Shown piece after piece: positions 17,323-27,537 of a DNA stretch of 64,000 nt (position 1 is its first letter; the number at the start of each line of letters is the position of its first letter). The DNA is from an uncultured bacterium (GTDB taxonomy: Bacteria; Eisenbacteria; RBG-16-71-46). Position numbers and translations under genes: made by a program. The notes under the pieces are model-generated. The model was not told where the DNA came from. It saw nothing but the letters and a program-made list of their open reading frames with translations, and searched no databases. The stretch is taken from contig CAZPVG010000005.1 in NCBI GenBank assembly GCA_964589945.1, positions 15,011 to 79,010 on the forward strand. The letters run 5' to 3'.

Positions 17323-19092
17323 GTGCCACGCCCGATCCGCCGCCTGCCCGAGGAGACCGCTTCCCGCATCGCCGCGGGAGAGGTCGTCGAGCGGCCCCTC
17401 TCGGCCCTGAAGGAAGTGCTCGAGAACGCGCTCGACGCCGCCGCCCGGCGTGTCGAGATCCGCGTCGAGCGCTCGCTCGACCAGGGCTTCTCCGTGGGCG
17501 ACGACGGCCTCGGCATCGCGGCGGGCGAGATCGAGCTCGCGCTCGAACGGCACGCGACGAGCAAGGTGCTGGCGCTCGAGGACCTCGACCGGCTGGAGAC
17601 GCTCGGCTTCCGCGGCGAGGCCCTGCCGAGCATCGCCGCCGTCAGCCGGCTGCGCCTGACGTCGCGCCCGGCGGACGCGGAGGCGGCCGCCTTCGTCGAG
17701 GTCGAGGGCGGCCGCGTCACCGACCGCGGGTCCGCTCCCCGGTCCCCGGGGACGACGGTCGAGGTGCGGGACCTGTTCTTCAACACCCCCGCCCGCCGGA
17801 AGTTCCTCCACTCCGCCGGCGGCGAGCTGCGGGCGGCCATGCGCATGATCGAGGGTTATGCGCTCGCGCGGCCGGAGGTCGCCTTCCGGCTGCTCGTGGA
17901 CGGCAAGGAGCGCTTCGAGTGGGGTGCGACCGACTCCCGTCGGGACCGCGCCGCGCAGATCTGGGGCGCCCGCCACGCGGGGCAGCTCGTGGAGGCCCGC
18001 GGCGAGCGCGGGGGGGCCCGCGTCGAGGCACTGCTCGGCCTGCCCGAGCACGCGCGTTCGACCCGTGAGGGCCAGGTCTTCCTCGTGAACGGCCGCTGGA
18101 TCCAGAACGCGGCGCTCTCGCAGGCGCTGCGACACGCGTACGGCAACCTGCTCCCGGGCGGGCGGTTCCCCTCGGCCGTCCTCTGGGTCGAGGTGGCGCC
18201 GGAGCGGCTCGACGTCAACGTGCACCCGACCAAGCGCGAGGTGCGCTTTGCCGACGACGACGCGATCTTCTCGCTCGTGGCCTCCGCGTGCGCCCAGCCC
18301 CTCTCGAGCCTCTACCCGCCGTTCCGCGTCGTGGAAGGAGGAAGCACCGAGGCCCGGCAGCCCTCCTGGGCCGAGCGCGTGCGGGAGACGCCGCCGGGGG
18401 ACGAGTCGCAGCTCGGCCTCGGCCTGCCGGGCGAGCCCGCGCGGGCGCCCGCGGCGGCGGGCGCCGCGCCGGCGGCCGCGCCGGCCGGCGCCGCGGCCGA
18501 GCCGGAGCTGTGGCAGCTCCACCGCACGTACATCCTCGCGCCGGTGCGCGGCGCGCTCGTCATCATCGACCAGCACGCGGCGCACGAACGCATCCTCTAC
18601 GAGGAGGCCCGCGCACGGCTCGAGCGCGAGACCGGAGCCTCGCAGGGCCTGCTCTTCCCGGCGCTCGTGGACCTCACGCACGCCCAGTTCGAGATGCTGC
18701 TCGAGGCCGTCGCGCTTCTGAAGCGGCTGGGCTGGGACCTCTCGCCGCTCGGGCCGCCCACGGTGGTCATCCAGGGCGTTCCGGCGGGAATCAAGGTGGA
18801 ACACCCGGGACTGCTGCTGCAGGACCTGCTCGACGGCATCGCCGACGGTGGCCTGCCGCACCAGCACCACGGCGGTCCGGCGCTCGCGCAGGACGACCTG
18901 CTCGAGCGCCTCGCGCGGTCGCACGCCTGCCACTCCGCGGTCCGGGCGGGCGACGCGCTCTCGGTGGACGACATGCGGTCGCTGGTGGACCGGCTCTTCG
19001 CCACCTCGCGTCCGCACGGCGACCCGCATGGGCGGCCGACGTTCGTGCGCATGGAACTCGACGAGCTGCACCGCCGCTTCGGCCGGACGTGA
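17323..19092 (+). CDS. mutL: DNA mismatch repair endonuclease MutL
   Basis: IAAGEVVERP, GFRGEALPSI, DVNVHPTKREV, endonuclease motif DQHAAHER, ACH, PHGRP. Confidence 0.96.
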   Translation: MPRPIRRLPEETASRIAAGEVVERPLSALKEVLENALDAAARRVEIRVERSLDQGFSVGDDGLGIAAGEIELALERHATSKVLALEDLDRLETLGFRGEALPSIAAVSRLRLTSRPADAEAAAFVEVEGGRVTDRGSAPRSPGTTVEVRDLFFNTPARRKFLHSAGGELRAAMRMIEGYALARPEVAFRLLVDGKERFEWGATDSRRDRAAQIWGARHAGQLVEARGERGGARVEALLGLPEHARSTREGQVFLVNGRWIQNAALSQALRHAYGNLLPGGRFPSAVLWVEVAPERLDVNVHPTKREVRFADDDAIFSLVASACAQPLSSLYPPFRVVEGGSTEARQPSWAERVRETPPGDESQLGLGLPGEPARAPAAAGAAPAAAPAGAAAEPELWQLHRTYILAPVRGALVIIDQHAAHERILYEEARARLERETGASQGLLFPALVDLTHAQFEMLLEAVALLKRLGWDLSPLGPPTVVIQGVPAGIKVEHPGLLLQDLLDGIADGGLPHQHHGGPALAQDDLLERLARSHACHSAVRAGDALSVDDMRSLVDRLFATSRPHGDPHGRPTFVRMELDELHRRFGRT

Positions 19093-20042
19093 CCGCCGCC
19101 TCCCGCACCCTGGTCGCCGTCGTCGGGGCCACGGCGACGGGAAAGTCCGACCTCGGCGAGGCGCTGGCGGCCGGGCTCGGCGGCGAGGTGGTCTGCGCCG
19201 ACGCCCGGCAGGTCTTCCGCGAGCTCGAGATCGGGACCGGCAAGCCGACGCCGGCCGAGCGCGCCCGGCTCCCGCACCATCTCTTCGACGCCCTCTCGCT
19301 CGAGGAGCGTCCGAGCGCGGGCTGGTACGCGCGGCGCGCGCGCGAGGCGTGCGAGGAGATCTTCGCCCGCGGGGCCGCCGTGGTGCTCGTGGGCGGCTCC
19401 GGGCTGTACGTGCGGGCCCTGCTCGAGGGGCTCCACGAGGAACCTCCCGGGAACCCGGAGGTGCGCGAGCGCCTGCGCGGGGAGTTGGAGACGGAGGGAC
19501 CGGAGGTCCTGCATGCCCGGCTGGCCGGCCTGGACCCGCCGACCGCGGCGCGCCTCGCGCCACGGGACCGCCAGCGGATCACGCGCGCGCTGGAGGTGTA
19601 CGAGGCGAGCGGCCGTCCGCTCTCGTGGTGGCACGAGCACGCGCGGCGGACGCCGCTGGACGCCGACGTCCGATCGCTGGAGGTGACGTGCCCGGCCGCG
19701 AGCCTCCGGGAACGGATCGAGCGGCGCACCCGGGCCATGTTCGCGGGCGGCCTGGTCGAAGAGACGCGCGCCCTCGTCGAGGGCGGCCGCGGGCAGGCGC
19801 TGCGCTCGCTCAAGGCGATCGGCTACGACGCGGTGCTCGGCCTGCTCGCGGGCGTCCTGACCCGCGAGGCGGCGATGGCCGTGACCGACCTGCGCACCCG
19901 GCAGCTCGCGAAGCGCCAGCGCACGTGGTTCCGCCACCAGGGCGGGGGGGCCCGGCTCGACGCCCGCGACCGGTGGGAGGGGCCGCCGCTGGCCGAAGCG
20001 TTCGCCGCGCTGCGGTTGACACCCCCTCGGGCACTCTCGTAG
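19089..20042 (+). CDS. miaA: tRNA dimethylallyltransferase
   Basis: GATATGKS, DARQVF, IGTGKP, VGGSGLY, RQLAKRQRTWF; GTGA coupling to mutL. Confidence 0.94.
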   Translation: MTAASRTLVAVVGATATGKSDLGEALAAGLGGEVVCADARQVFRELEIGTGKPTPAERARLPHHLFDALSLEERPSAGWYARRAREACEEIFARGAAVVLVGGSGLYVRALLEGLHEEPPGNPEVRERLRGELETEGPEVLHARLAGLDPPTAARLAPRDRQRITRALEVYEASGRPLSWWHEHARRTPLDADVRSLEVTCPAASLRERIERRTRAMFAGGLVEETRALVEGGRGQALRSLKAIGYDAVLGLLAGVLTREAAMAVTDLRTRQLAKRQRTWFRHQGGGARLDARDRWEGPPLAEAFAALRLTPPRALS

Positions 20043-20045
20043 CTT
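20016..20045 (+). promoter_or_regulatory. Sigma70 promoter for tRNA-Gly/der
   Basis: TTGACA-18 nt-TAGCTT inside the miaA 3' end, 30 nt before the tRNA. Confidence 0.6.
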
Positions 20046-20074
20046 GCCGGGTTGCCAAGCACCCCGAGGGACAC

Positions 20075-20150
20075 GCGGGCATAGCTCAGTTGGTAGAGCG
20101 CGAGCTTCCCAAGCTTGAGGTCGCGGGTTCGAACCCCGTTGCCCGCTCCA
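20075..20150 (+). tRNA. tRNA-Gly(CCC)
   Basis: GCGGGCA/TGCCCGC acceptor stem, anticodon loop TT-CCC-AA, GGTTCGAAC T-loop, CCA end. Confidence 0.97.
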
Positions 20151-20240
20151 GTTTCGCCCCGGTTCCGGCCGGGGCCCGCGGCGCGCCGGCCCCGCAGGGC
20201 GGCGCGCCCTTTCCATGAACGGGCACGAACCCGCCATTCC

Positions 20241-21551
20241 ATGTCCGCACCTGTCGTCGCCATCATCGGACGCCCCAACGTGGGCAAGTCGACGCTCTTC
20301 AACCGCATCATCGGGGAGCGCCGTGCTGTCGTTCACGACCGGCCGGGCGTGACGCGCGACCGCAACGCGGTCCGGGCCGAGTGGACCGGACGCCCGTTCG
20401 TGCTCGTGGACACGGGCGGCTTCCTGCCCTCGGCCTCCCAGGGCCGCGACGCCGACGTGCGGCGCCAGGCCGAGGCGGCGATCGGGCTCGCCCAAGCGGT
20501 CCTCTTCCTCGTGGACGCGCGCACGGGGGTGACCGACCTCGACCAGGCCATCGCGACCCAGTTGCGAAAGGCGGGAGCGCGCGCGCTGCTCGTCGTGAAC
20601 AAGGTGGACAAGCCCGGCGACGCAATCGTGCACGACTTCCACCGGCTCGGGCTCGGGGAGCCGCTTCCCATCGCGGCCGAAGGTGGCCTCGGGATCGGCG
20701 ACCTGCTGGACGCCGTACTCACGCTGCTTCCCGACGAGCGTCCGGACGCCGGGCGGCCGGACGCTCGCGTGGCGATCGTCGGCCGGCCGAACGTCGGCAA
20801 GTCCTCGCTCGTGAACGCGCTTCTGGACGAGGACCGCGTGCTCGTCGAGGAGACCGCCGGCACGACCGTGGACGCCATCGACACCGACTGGGTCACGCCG
20901 CACGGCCGCTTCACGCTCGTGGACACGGCGGGCATCCGGCGGCAGTCGATGTTCGAGGACCAGGCCGAGTTCTACGCGACGATGCGGGCGCTGAACGCCC
21001 TCGAGCGTTCCAACGTGGCCTGCCTCGTCGTGGACGCCCGCGAGGGGTTCCAGAAGCAGGAGGCCCGGCTCGCGCACCACGCCCTCGATGCGGGATGCTC
21101 GCTGCTCGTGCTCTACAACAAGTGGGACCTCGTCGAGGGCCGCGAGCAGGCGTGGAAGGACCTCGCCGCCGACCGTGCGCGTCGGTTCCCGACGCTCGCG
21201 GACCTGCCCGCCCACCCGGTGTCAGCGAAGGAAAAGATCCACCTCGCGCGGCTGCCGGAGTACATTGCGGCACGGGCCTCCGAGAACGTCCGCCGGATCC
21301 CGACGGGCGAGCTCAACGACTGGCTGGCGCTCGTCCAGAAGCGCCGGCAGGTCCCGAGCAACGCCGCCGGCCGGAGCCCGAAGATCTACTACATGACGCA
21401 GACGGGGATCCGCCCGCCGAGCTTCACGCTGTTCGTGAACGCCCCGTCGCGCCTTGGCGACAACTACCGCCGCTACCTCTGGGGGCAGTTCGTGGAGCAC
21501 TTCGGGTTCCGGGGCACGCCGCTCCGCTTCAAGGTGAAGAAGAGCGAGTAG
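20241..21551 (+). CDS. der: Ribosome biogenesis GTPase Der/EngA
   Basis: Two GRPNVGKS G-domains, DTGG/DTAG, NKVD/NKWD, C-terminal KH-like domain. Confidence 0.96.
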   Translation: MSAPVVAIIGRPNVGKSTLFNRIIGERRAVVHDRPGVTRDRNAVRAEWTGRPFVLVDTGGFLPSASQGRDADVRRQAEAAIGLAQAVLFLVDARTGVTDLDQAIATQLRKAGARALLVVNKVDKPGDAIVHDFHRLGLGEPLPIAAEGGLGIGDLLDAVLTLLPDERPDAGRPDARVAIVGRPNVGKSSLVNALLDEDRVLVEETAGTTVDAIDTDWVTPHGRFTLVDTAGIRRQSMFEDQAEFYATMRALNALERSNVACLVVDAREGFQKQEARLAHHALDAGCSLLVLYNKWDLVEGREQAWKDLAADRARRFPTLADLPAHPVSAKEKIHLARLPEYIAARASENVRRIPTGELNDWLALVQKRRQVPSNAAGRSPKIYYMTQTGIRPPSFTLFVNAPSRLGDNYRRYLWGQFVEHFGFRGTPLRFKVKKSE

Positions 21552-21552
21552 C

Positions 21553-22194
21553 ATGGGACCGGTGCCGGCGCTGGCGGGAACCGTCGCGATCGCCTACGTC
21601 TCGGGCTCGCTGCCGTGGGGCCTGTGGCTGGGACGGTGGCTGCGCGGCGTTGACGTGCGGACGATGGGCTCCGGCAACCTCGGCGCCACGAACGTCTACC
21701 GCTCGCTGGGTCCCGCGATCGGCATCGCCACGCTGCTCCTCGACATCGGCAAGGGCGCGCTTCCCGTGGCACTGCTCCCCCGGTCGGCCTTCGGGGCGGG
21801 ATTCCCCGGGGGGCCCGAATGGTGCGCGCTGGCGGCGGCGTTCGCGGCCGTTGCGGGGCACGTCTGGACGTTCTTCGCCGGATTCAAGGGCGGAAAGGGC
21901 GTCGCCACCTCGGCCGGCGTGCTGCTGGCGCTCTCGCCTCCGTCGTTCGGGGTCTTCGTGGGCGTCTTCCTCGTCGTGCTGCTCCTGACGCGCTACGTCT
22001 CGCTGGGCTCGATCCTCGGTGCCGTCGCGTTCTCGGTTGCGCTCGCTCGCTTCTCGCCCTCGGGTGTCGCCAGCCCGTCGTTCGCCGTCGGCGTCCTGCT
22101 CGCCGTGCTCGTCATCGCCCGTCACCGCGACAACATCCGCCGGCTCGTGCGGGGCGAGGAGCGGCGGTTCCGCTTCACGAGGGGGCGCCCGTGA
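21553..22194 (+). CDS. plsY: Glycerol-3-phosphate acyltransferase PlsY
   Basis: GSGNLGATNVYR, GH, FKGGKGVAT, HRDNI. Confidence 0.95.
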   Translation: MGPVPALAGTVAIAYVSGSLPWGLWLGRWLRGVDVRTMGSGNLGATNVYRSLGPAIGIATLLLDIGKGALPVALLPRSAFGAGFPGGPEWCALAAAFAAVAGHVWTFFAGFKGGKGVATSAGVLLALSPPSFGVFVGVFLVVLLLTRYVSLGSILGAVAFSVALARFSPSGVASPSFAVGVLLAVLVIARHRDNIRRLVRGEERRFRFTRGRP

Positions 22195-23180
22195 GCCGCG
22201 TCGCCATGCTGGGCGCCGGGTCCTGGGGTACGACGCTGGCGGTGCACCTCGCGGCGGAAGGCCACGAGGTCCGCCTGTGGGGCAACGACCGCGCCGACCT
22301 GGCCGCGCTCGAGCGCGACCGGGAGAACCGCAAGTTTCTCTCTGGCATCCACCTGCCGGAGGGCGTTAAGGTGCAACCGGAACTGGAGGCTGCGCTCGAC
22401 GGGGCCGGCTTCCACTTCTACGTGGTGCCCTCGCAGGCGGTGCGCGAGGTCGCGGCGGCCGTCCGCGCCACCGGCGCGGAGGGCGTGCCGGTCTGCGCGA
22501 GCAAGGGCCTCGAGCTCGGGACCCTCCGCCGGCTGTCGGTCGTGCTGGGCGAGACGCTCGGCGACCCGGCGCCGGTGGCGTTCACCGGGCCGAGCCACGC
22601 GGAGGAGGTCGCGGTCGGGATTCCGACCTCGATCGTGGCGGCGTGCACCGACGAGGCGCGCTCGCGCGCGGTCCAGGTGCTGTGCTCGACGCCGCGTCTG
22701 AGGGTGTACACGAACGACGACGTCACGGGCTGCGAGTACGGCGGGGCGCTGAAGAACATCATCGCGATCGCCGCGGGCCTGTGTGACGGGCTGGGCTACG
22801 GGGACAACACGAAGGGCGCGCTGCTCACGCGGGGACTCGCCGAAATCAGCCGGCTGGGTGTCGTGATGGGCGGGAGGCGCGAGACGTTCTTCGGGCTGGC
22901 GGGGATGGGCGACCTCATCGCGACGGCGATGAGCCGCCACAGCCGCAACCGCCATGTCGGCGAGCGGCTGGGTCGCGGGGAGACGCTCGAGCAGGTGCTC
23001 GGGGCGATGGTCATGGTGGCGGAGGGTGTGAACACGGCGAAGGCCGCGCGGGACCTGGGCCGGGAGCGCGGCGTGGAACTTCCGATCACCCAGCAGGTGT
23101 GCGCGATCCTGCTGGAGGGGCGGAGTCCGCTCGAGGCCCTGACGGCCCTGATGACGCGCGACCTGAAGAGCGAGAACTGA
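22191..23180 (+). CDS. gpsA: NAD(P)H-dependent glycerol-3-phosphate dehydrogenase
   Basis: GAGSWGT, GPSHAEEV, GGALKNIIAIAAG, GDLIATA.S.HSRN. Confidence 0.95.
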   Translation: MSRVAMLGAGSWGTTLAVHLAAEGHEVRLWGNDRADLAALERDRENRKFLSGIHLPEGVKVQPELEAALDGAGFHFYVVPSQAVREVAAAVRATGAEGVPVCASKGLELGTLRRLSVVLGETLGDPAPVAFTGPSHAEEVAVGIPTSIVAACTDEARSRAVQVLCSTPRLRVYTNDDVTGCEYGGALKNIIAIAAGLCDGLGYGDNTKGALLTRGLAEISRLGVVMGGRRETFFGLAGMGDLIATAMSRHSRNRHVGERLGRGETLEQVLGAMVMVAEGVNTAKAARDLGRERGVELPITQQVCAILLEGRSPLEALTALMTRDLKSEN

Positions 23181-23203
23181 CGGCGAGACGCGAGGAGGCA
23201 CAC

Positions 23204-23614
23204 TTGGCGATCCGGAAGCTGGACCCCGACGCGGACGGCAAGCTCTATCGCTCGATCAGCGAAGTCAGCGAGATGCTGGACGTGAAGCCGCACGTGCTCC
23301 GTTACTGGGAGACCCAGTTCAGCATGCTGCGGCCGAAGAAGAACCGGGCCGGGAACCGCATGTACCGGCCGGAGGAAGTCCGGCTGCTGCTGCGCATCCG
23401 CGAGCTGCTCTACGGCAAGCGCTTCACGATCGCCGGTGCACGGCGCACGCTGCTGGCCGAGCGCCGCGAGGATTCGCCGCAGGGCGAGCTGGAGTTCGCC
23501 GAGGCCGAGCGCCGAATGCTGATCTACGAGGTCAAGGAGGGCCTGCGCGACATCGTCAGCCGCCTGCGCGCCGGGCGGGAGGCGCGGGACCTCGAGCCCA
23601 CGCGGGCCGGCTGA
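23204..23614 (+). CDS. MerR-family transcriptional regulator
   Basis: YRSISEVSEMLDVKPHVLRYWETQF...LLY...FTIAGA; TTG start after SD GAGGAGG. Confidence 0.88.
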   Translation: MAIRKLDPDADGKLYRSISEVSEMLDVKPHVLRYWETQFSMLRPKKNRAGNRMYRPEEVRLLLRIRELLYGKRFTIAGARRTLLAERREDSPQGELEFAEAERRMLIYEVKEGLRDIVSRLRAGREARDLEPTRAG

Positions 23615-23626
23615 GCGCCGGCATTC

Positions 23627-23655
23627 TTGCGCGAATCCCGGCGGACCGGTACATT
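23627..23655 (+). promoter_or_regulatory. Sigma70-type promoter for tRNA-Pro(GGG)
   Basis: TTGCGC-17 nt-TACATT. Confidence 0.55.
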
Positions 23656-23685
23656 CCCCGCCGCTTTTCGCATGAGGCCTCCGGT

Positions 23686-23762
23686 CGGGGCGTAGCGCAG
23701 CCCGGTAGCGCACCTGCATGGGGTGCAGGGGGTCGCTGGTTCGAATCCAGTCGCCCCGACCA
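23686..23762 (+). tRNA. tRNA-Pro(GGG)
   Basis: CGGGGCG/CGCCCCG acceptor stem, anticodon arm CCTGC-AT-GGG-GT-GCAGG, TTCGAAT, CCA. Confidence 0.96.
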
Positions 23763-23784
23763 TTCCCTTCCCACGGCCCGAAGC

Positions 23785-24522
23785 ATGCCCGCCGACTCCC
23801 ACCCCCGCGACGAATCGCCCCTGCGGGTGGCCGCGCTGGTGCCTGCCTACCAGGCCGCGGCCCACCTCGGCGAGGTGCTGCTCGGCCTGGGCGACCTCGA
23901 CCCGGCGCCGCACGTCCTCGTGGTGGACGACGGCTCGCGCGACGCGACGGCCGCGGTGGCGCGACAGTTCGGGGCGGAGGTGCTGTCGTTCGCCGGCAAC
24001 CGCGGTAAGGGGCACGCCCTGCTGGCGGGCTTCGAACGGCTCACGGACTTCGACGCCGTCGTGACCCTGGACGCCGACGGCCAGCACCCGCCGGAGTGCC
24101 TGCCGGCCTTCGTCGCCGCGGCCGAAGCGGGGGCCGACCTCGTGCTCGGGCGCCGCGAGATGGGGGCGGACATGCCGCCGCTCCGCCGGTTCGCGAACCG
24201 CTTCAGCAGCGGCTGGTGCAGCGCGATCGCGGGGCAGCGGATCGGCGACAGCCAGTGCGGTTATCGGCTGTACCGCCGGGAGGTGCTCCGGGGCACGCCG
24301 GTGCGCGCGAGCCGCTACGAGGTCGAGACCGAGATGGCCGTGCGCGCCGCGCGGCTCGGCTTCCGCGTCTCCGAGGTCGTCATCCCCACGGTGTACGGCG
24401 ACGAGGCGAGCCACATCCGGATCACGCGCGACGTCCCCCGCATCGTCGCGATGATGGTCCGGCTGTCCTTCGAACGGCCCGTGAAACGAAAGGTGGACAA
24501 TGCACATCCTGCTCACGAATGA
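23785..24522 (+). CDS. GT2 (DPM1-like) glycosyltransferase
   Basis: VPAY, VVDDGSRD, NRGKG, LDADGQH, DSQCGYR. Confidence 0.9.
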   Translation: MPADSHPRDESPLRVAALVPAYQAAAHLGEVLLGLGDLDPAPHVLVVDDGSRDATAAVARQFGAEVLSFAGNRGKGHALLAGFERLTDFDAVVTLDADGQHPPECLPAFVAAAEAGADLVLGRREMGADMPPLRRFANRFSSGWCSAIAGQRIGDSQCGYRLYRREVLRGTPVRASRYEVETEMAVRAARLGFRVSEVVIPTVYGDEASHIRITRDVPRIVAMMVRLSFERPVKRKVDNAHPAHE

Positions 24523-25246
24523 CGACGGCGTCTCCTCGCCGGCGCTCGAGCAGCTGAGGAAGCACCTGGGGGCCTTCGGCCACGTGACCACCATCGCGCC
24601 GGACCGCAACCAGAGCGCCACGTCGCAGTCGCTGACGCTGCACCGGCCCCTGCGCATCCATGCGCTCGAGCCGGACGTCTACAGCGTCGACGGCACGCCG
24701 ACGGACTGCGTCCTGATCGGCTTCCACGGCCGGCTCGTCGAGCCCCCGGACTTCGTGGTCTCCGGGATCAACCACGGGCCGAACATGGGCGAGGACGTCT
24801 TCTACTCGGGCACCGTCGCCGCCGCGATCGAGGGCGTGCTGCAGGGCGTGCCCGCGATCGCCGCATCCCTGGTCACGCGAGAGCCGACCGACTTCGCCGA
24901 GCCGGCGGCCAGCGTGGGGCGGCTGCTCGGCCAGGTCCTGCGGCGGGGCGTTCCGGACCGCCTGCTGCTGAACGTGAACTTCCCGTTCCGTCCGATGTCG
25001 GAGACCCGCGGCGTCCAGCTGACGCGTCTCGGGACCCGCATCTACCAGGACACGCTGGTGAAGAAGGTGGATCCGCGTGGGCGCGACTACTACTGGATCG
25101 GCGGCGAGGATCCCGTCTGGCAGCCCGAGCCGGGCACGGACTTCCACGCCGTGAACCACGGCTGGATCTCCGTCACGCCGATGCGGCTCGACCTGACCGA
25201 CCACGCGGGCATCGACGGGCTCGGGGAGTGGGAACTGCAGCCATGA
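24500..25246 (+). CDS. surE: 5'/3'-nucleotidase SurE
   Basis: ILLTNDDG, GTPTDCV, VSGINHGPNMG, YSGTVAAA. Confidence 0.96.
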   Translation: MHILLTNDDGVSSPALEQLRKHLGAFGHVTTIAPDRNQSATSQSLTLHRPLRIHALEPDVYSVDGTPTDCVLIGFHGRLVEPPDFVVSGINHGPNMGEDVFYSGTVAAAIEGVLQGVPAIAASLVTREPTDFAEPAASVGRLLGQVLRRGVPDRLLLNVNFPFRPMSETRGVQLTRLGTRIYQDTLVKKVDPRGRDYYWIGGEDPVWQPEPGTDFHAVNHGWISVTPMRLDLTDHAGIDGLGEWELQP

Positions 25247-25926
25247 CCGGCCTGCACGGGACGGGCCCGGAAGCCTGGGCCGCCGCCCGGCGCCGGATGG
25301 TGGACGAGCAGCTCCGGGCGCGCGGGATCCTGGATCCGCGGGTCCTCGCGGCGATGGACGCCGTGCCCCGGCACCTGTTCGTATCGCCCGGGTTCGAGGA
25401 CCGGGCCTACGGGGACTTCGCGCTGCCCGTGGCCGAAGGGCAGACGATCTCGCAGCCCTGGATCGTCGCGCGCATGCTGGAGCTGGCGCGCGTGCCCGAT
25501 GGCGGCCGCGTCCTCGAGGTCGGGACGGGGACCGGCTACCAGACCGCGCTGCTCGCGGCGATCGCGGGGGAGGTGGCGAGCGTGGAACGGCTGGCCCCGC
25601 TGCTCGACGCCGCGCGGGAGAGGCTCGCGCTCCTGGGTGTGACGAACGTCCGGCTGCGCCTCGGAGACGGCACGCTGGGTTGGCAGGAGTTCGCACCCTA
25701 TGCTAGCGTCCTCGCCGCCGCTGCGGCACCGCATGTCCCCGAAGCGCTCCTGCATCAGCTCGACGAAGGGGGCCTGCTGGTGATTCCCGTGGGCGGTGCC
25801 CGGTTGCAGCGCCTCGAAGTCTGGCGCCGCCACGGGCATCGCTTCCCGCACGAAAGGCACGACGAGTGCCGGTTCGTACCGCTCATCGGGCAGGACGCGT
25901 GGCGGGAGGATCCGCACCACAACTGA
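25243..25926 (+). CDS. pcm: Protein-L-isoaspartate O-methyltransferase
   Basis: VPRHLFV, GQTISQP, VLEVGTGTGYQTA, RFVPLIG; ATGA coupling to surE. Confidence 0.95.
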   Translation: MTGLHGTGPEAWAAARRRMVDEQLRARGILDPRVLAAMDAVPRHLFVSPGFEDRAYGDFALPVAEGQTISQPWIVARMLELARVPDGGRVLEVGTGTGYQTALLAAIAGEVASVERLAPLLDAARERLALLGVTNVRLRLGDGTLGWQEFAPYASVLAAAAAPHVPEALLHQLDEGGLLVIPVGGARLQRLEVWRRHGHRFPHERHDECRFVPLIGQDAWREDPHHN

Positions 25927-25940
25927 AGTCGTCGTCGCGT

Positions 25941-26017
<77 letters not shown>

Positions 26018-26024
26018 TTCGTCG

Positions 26025-26063
26025 CCGGACTCGTCCCCTCGGGGGCGGGTCCGGTTCGTCTTT
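26025..26063 (+). terminator. Probable intrinsic terminator after tRNA-Pro(CGG)
   Basis: CCGGACTCGTCCC/GGGGCGGGTCCGG stem followed by TTCGTCTTT. Confidence 0.55.
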
Positions 26064-26105
26064 CCCGGCCTTGCGGCCCGCGAACCGCGGAGCGCATCCT
26101 GAGCC

Positions 26106-26378
26106 ATGCACCACTTGATCGCGATCGTCTACGGGAGGGTCCAGGGCGTGGGATTCCGCTGGTTCGTGGCGCGGAGGGCCGAGGAGCACGGGGTCGCCGG
26201 CGAGGTGCGCAACCTGCCGGACGGCGCCGTCGAGACGGTCGCCGAGGGGCCGCGCCCGGCGCTCGAGGCGTTCCTCGACGACCTGCGCTCCGGGCCCCCG
26301 CGGGCGCGGGTCGAGCGCGTGGACGAGCGATGGAGCGAAGGTCCGGGGCGCCACCGGGGCTTCCGGATCGCGGGATGA
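26106..26378 (+). CDS. acyP: Acylphosphatase
   Basis: [30 protein letters not shown]. Confidence 0.93.
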   Translation: MHHLIAIVYGRVQGVGFRWFVARRAEEHGVAGEVRNLPDGAVETVAEGPRPALEAFLDDLRSGPPRARVERVDERWSEGPGRHRGFRIAG

Positions 26379-27463
26379 GCCGCCGCGGAGAGGCTTTCGT
26401 GCCGGTCACGTTCACCGACCGGCTCGCGGGCGCCGCCGAATCGGCGCGCGCCGTCGGCGAGCTGGACCGCCGCGAGTTCGAGTCACTGCTGCTCGCTCCC
26501 GGATTCGACGAGTCCGAGTTCGAGTCGTTCCGGGCGGCGCTGGTGGCGGCAGGCATCCGCCTGCCCGACGAGCCCGAGGACGCGGCCCCGGCCGGCGTCG
26601 AGCCAGGCCAGCTGCGCGGCGAGCCCGAACGCGACCTGCTGGACCTCTACCTCGACGAGATCGGCCGCTTCCCGCTGATGGCCCACGAGGAGCTCCTCGC
26701 GGAGGCCGCCCGTGCGCGCTCCGGGAGCGCGAGTGCGCGCAAGCGGATGATCCTCGCGAACCTCCGCCTCGTCGTGCACGTGGCCCGTGCCTACCGCAAC
26801 CGCGGCCTGCCGTTCCTCGACCTCATCGAGGAGGGCAACCTGGGCCTCATCGGGGCGGTGGACGGGTTCGACCCGGGGCGCGGCGTGCGCTTCTCGACCT
26901 ACGCGGCGCTCTGGATCCGGCAGGCCATCCTGCGCGGACTCGCCGAGCAGGCCCGCGCGGTGCGCATCCCGGTGCAGATGTTCCGGCAGATCCACCGGTT
27001 CGTCGCCACCCGGCGGGCGCTCTTCGCCCGGCTCGGGCGGGACCCCGCGCCCCAGGAGATCGCGGCGGAGATGGAGATCAGCGTCGCCCGGGTGGAGCGG
27101 CTGCGGGCGCTGCACGAGGGCATGCAGTCGCTCGACACGCACGAGGGCGTGGACGCCTTCGAGGCGCTGTCCGCCGAGGAGATCGGGTGGGCGCCGGCGT
27201 CGGTCGAGCGGCTCGTCGAGCTGCAGCTCGAGCACGAGAAGCTCGATCGGCTGCTCCGCGGGCTCTCGCAGCGCGAGGAGCAGATGATCCGGATCCGGTA
27301 CGGTTTCTACGACGGGATCGCACGAACGCTTCAGGAGACCGGGGTGCACTTCGGGATCACCCGGGAGCGTGTGCGGCAGATCGAAGCGCGCGCGCTCGAG
27401 AAGCTGCGCAACGCGATCGAACTGGCCGACTCGGGGGGCGCCCCGCCCGGGGCGGAGCGCTGA
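26375..27463 (+). CDS. Group 1/2 sigma70-family factor (RpoD/RpoS-like paralog)
   Basis: [64 protein letters not shown]; ATGA coupling to acyP. Confidence 0.9.
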   Translation: MSRRGEAFVPVTFTDRLAGAAESARAVGELDRREFESLLLAPGFDESEFESFRAALVAAGIRLPDEPEDAAPAGVEPGQLRGEPERDLLDLYLDEIGRFPLMAHEELLAEAARARSGSASARKRMILANLRLVVHVARAYRNRGLPFLDLIEEGNLGLIGAVDGFDPGRGVRFSTYAALWIRQAILRGLAEQARAVRIPVQMFRQIHRFVATRRALFARLGRDPAPQEIAAEMEISVARVERLRALHEGMQSLDTHEGVDAFEALSAEEIGWAPASVERLVELQLEHEKLDRLLRGLSQREEQMIRIRYGFYDGIARTLQETGVHFGITRERVRQIEARALEKLRNAIELADSGGAPPGAER

Positions 27464-27537
27464 GTGGACGGCTTTTGCGGGCGGGCGCGCCGCGCTACGA
27501 TGCCGGCGCTCGAGCCCCTCGCCAACCGGAGCCCGCC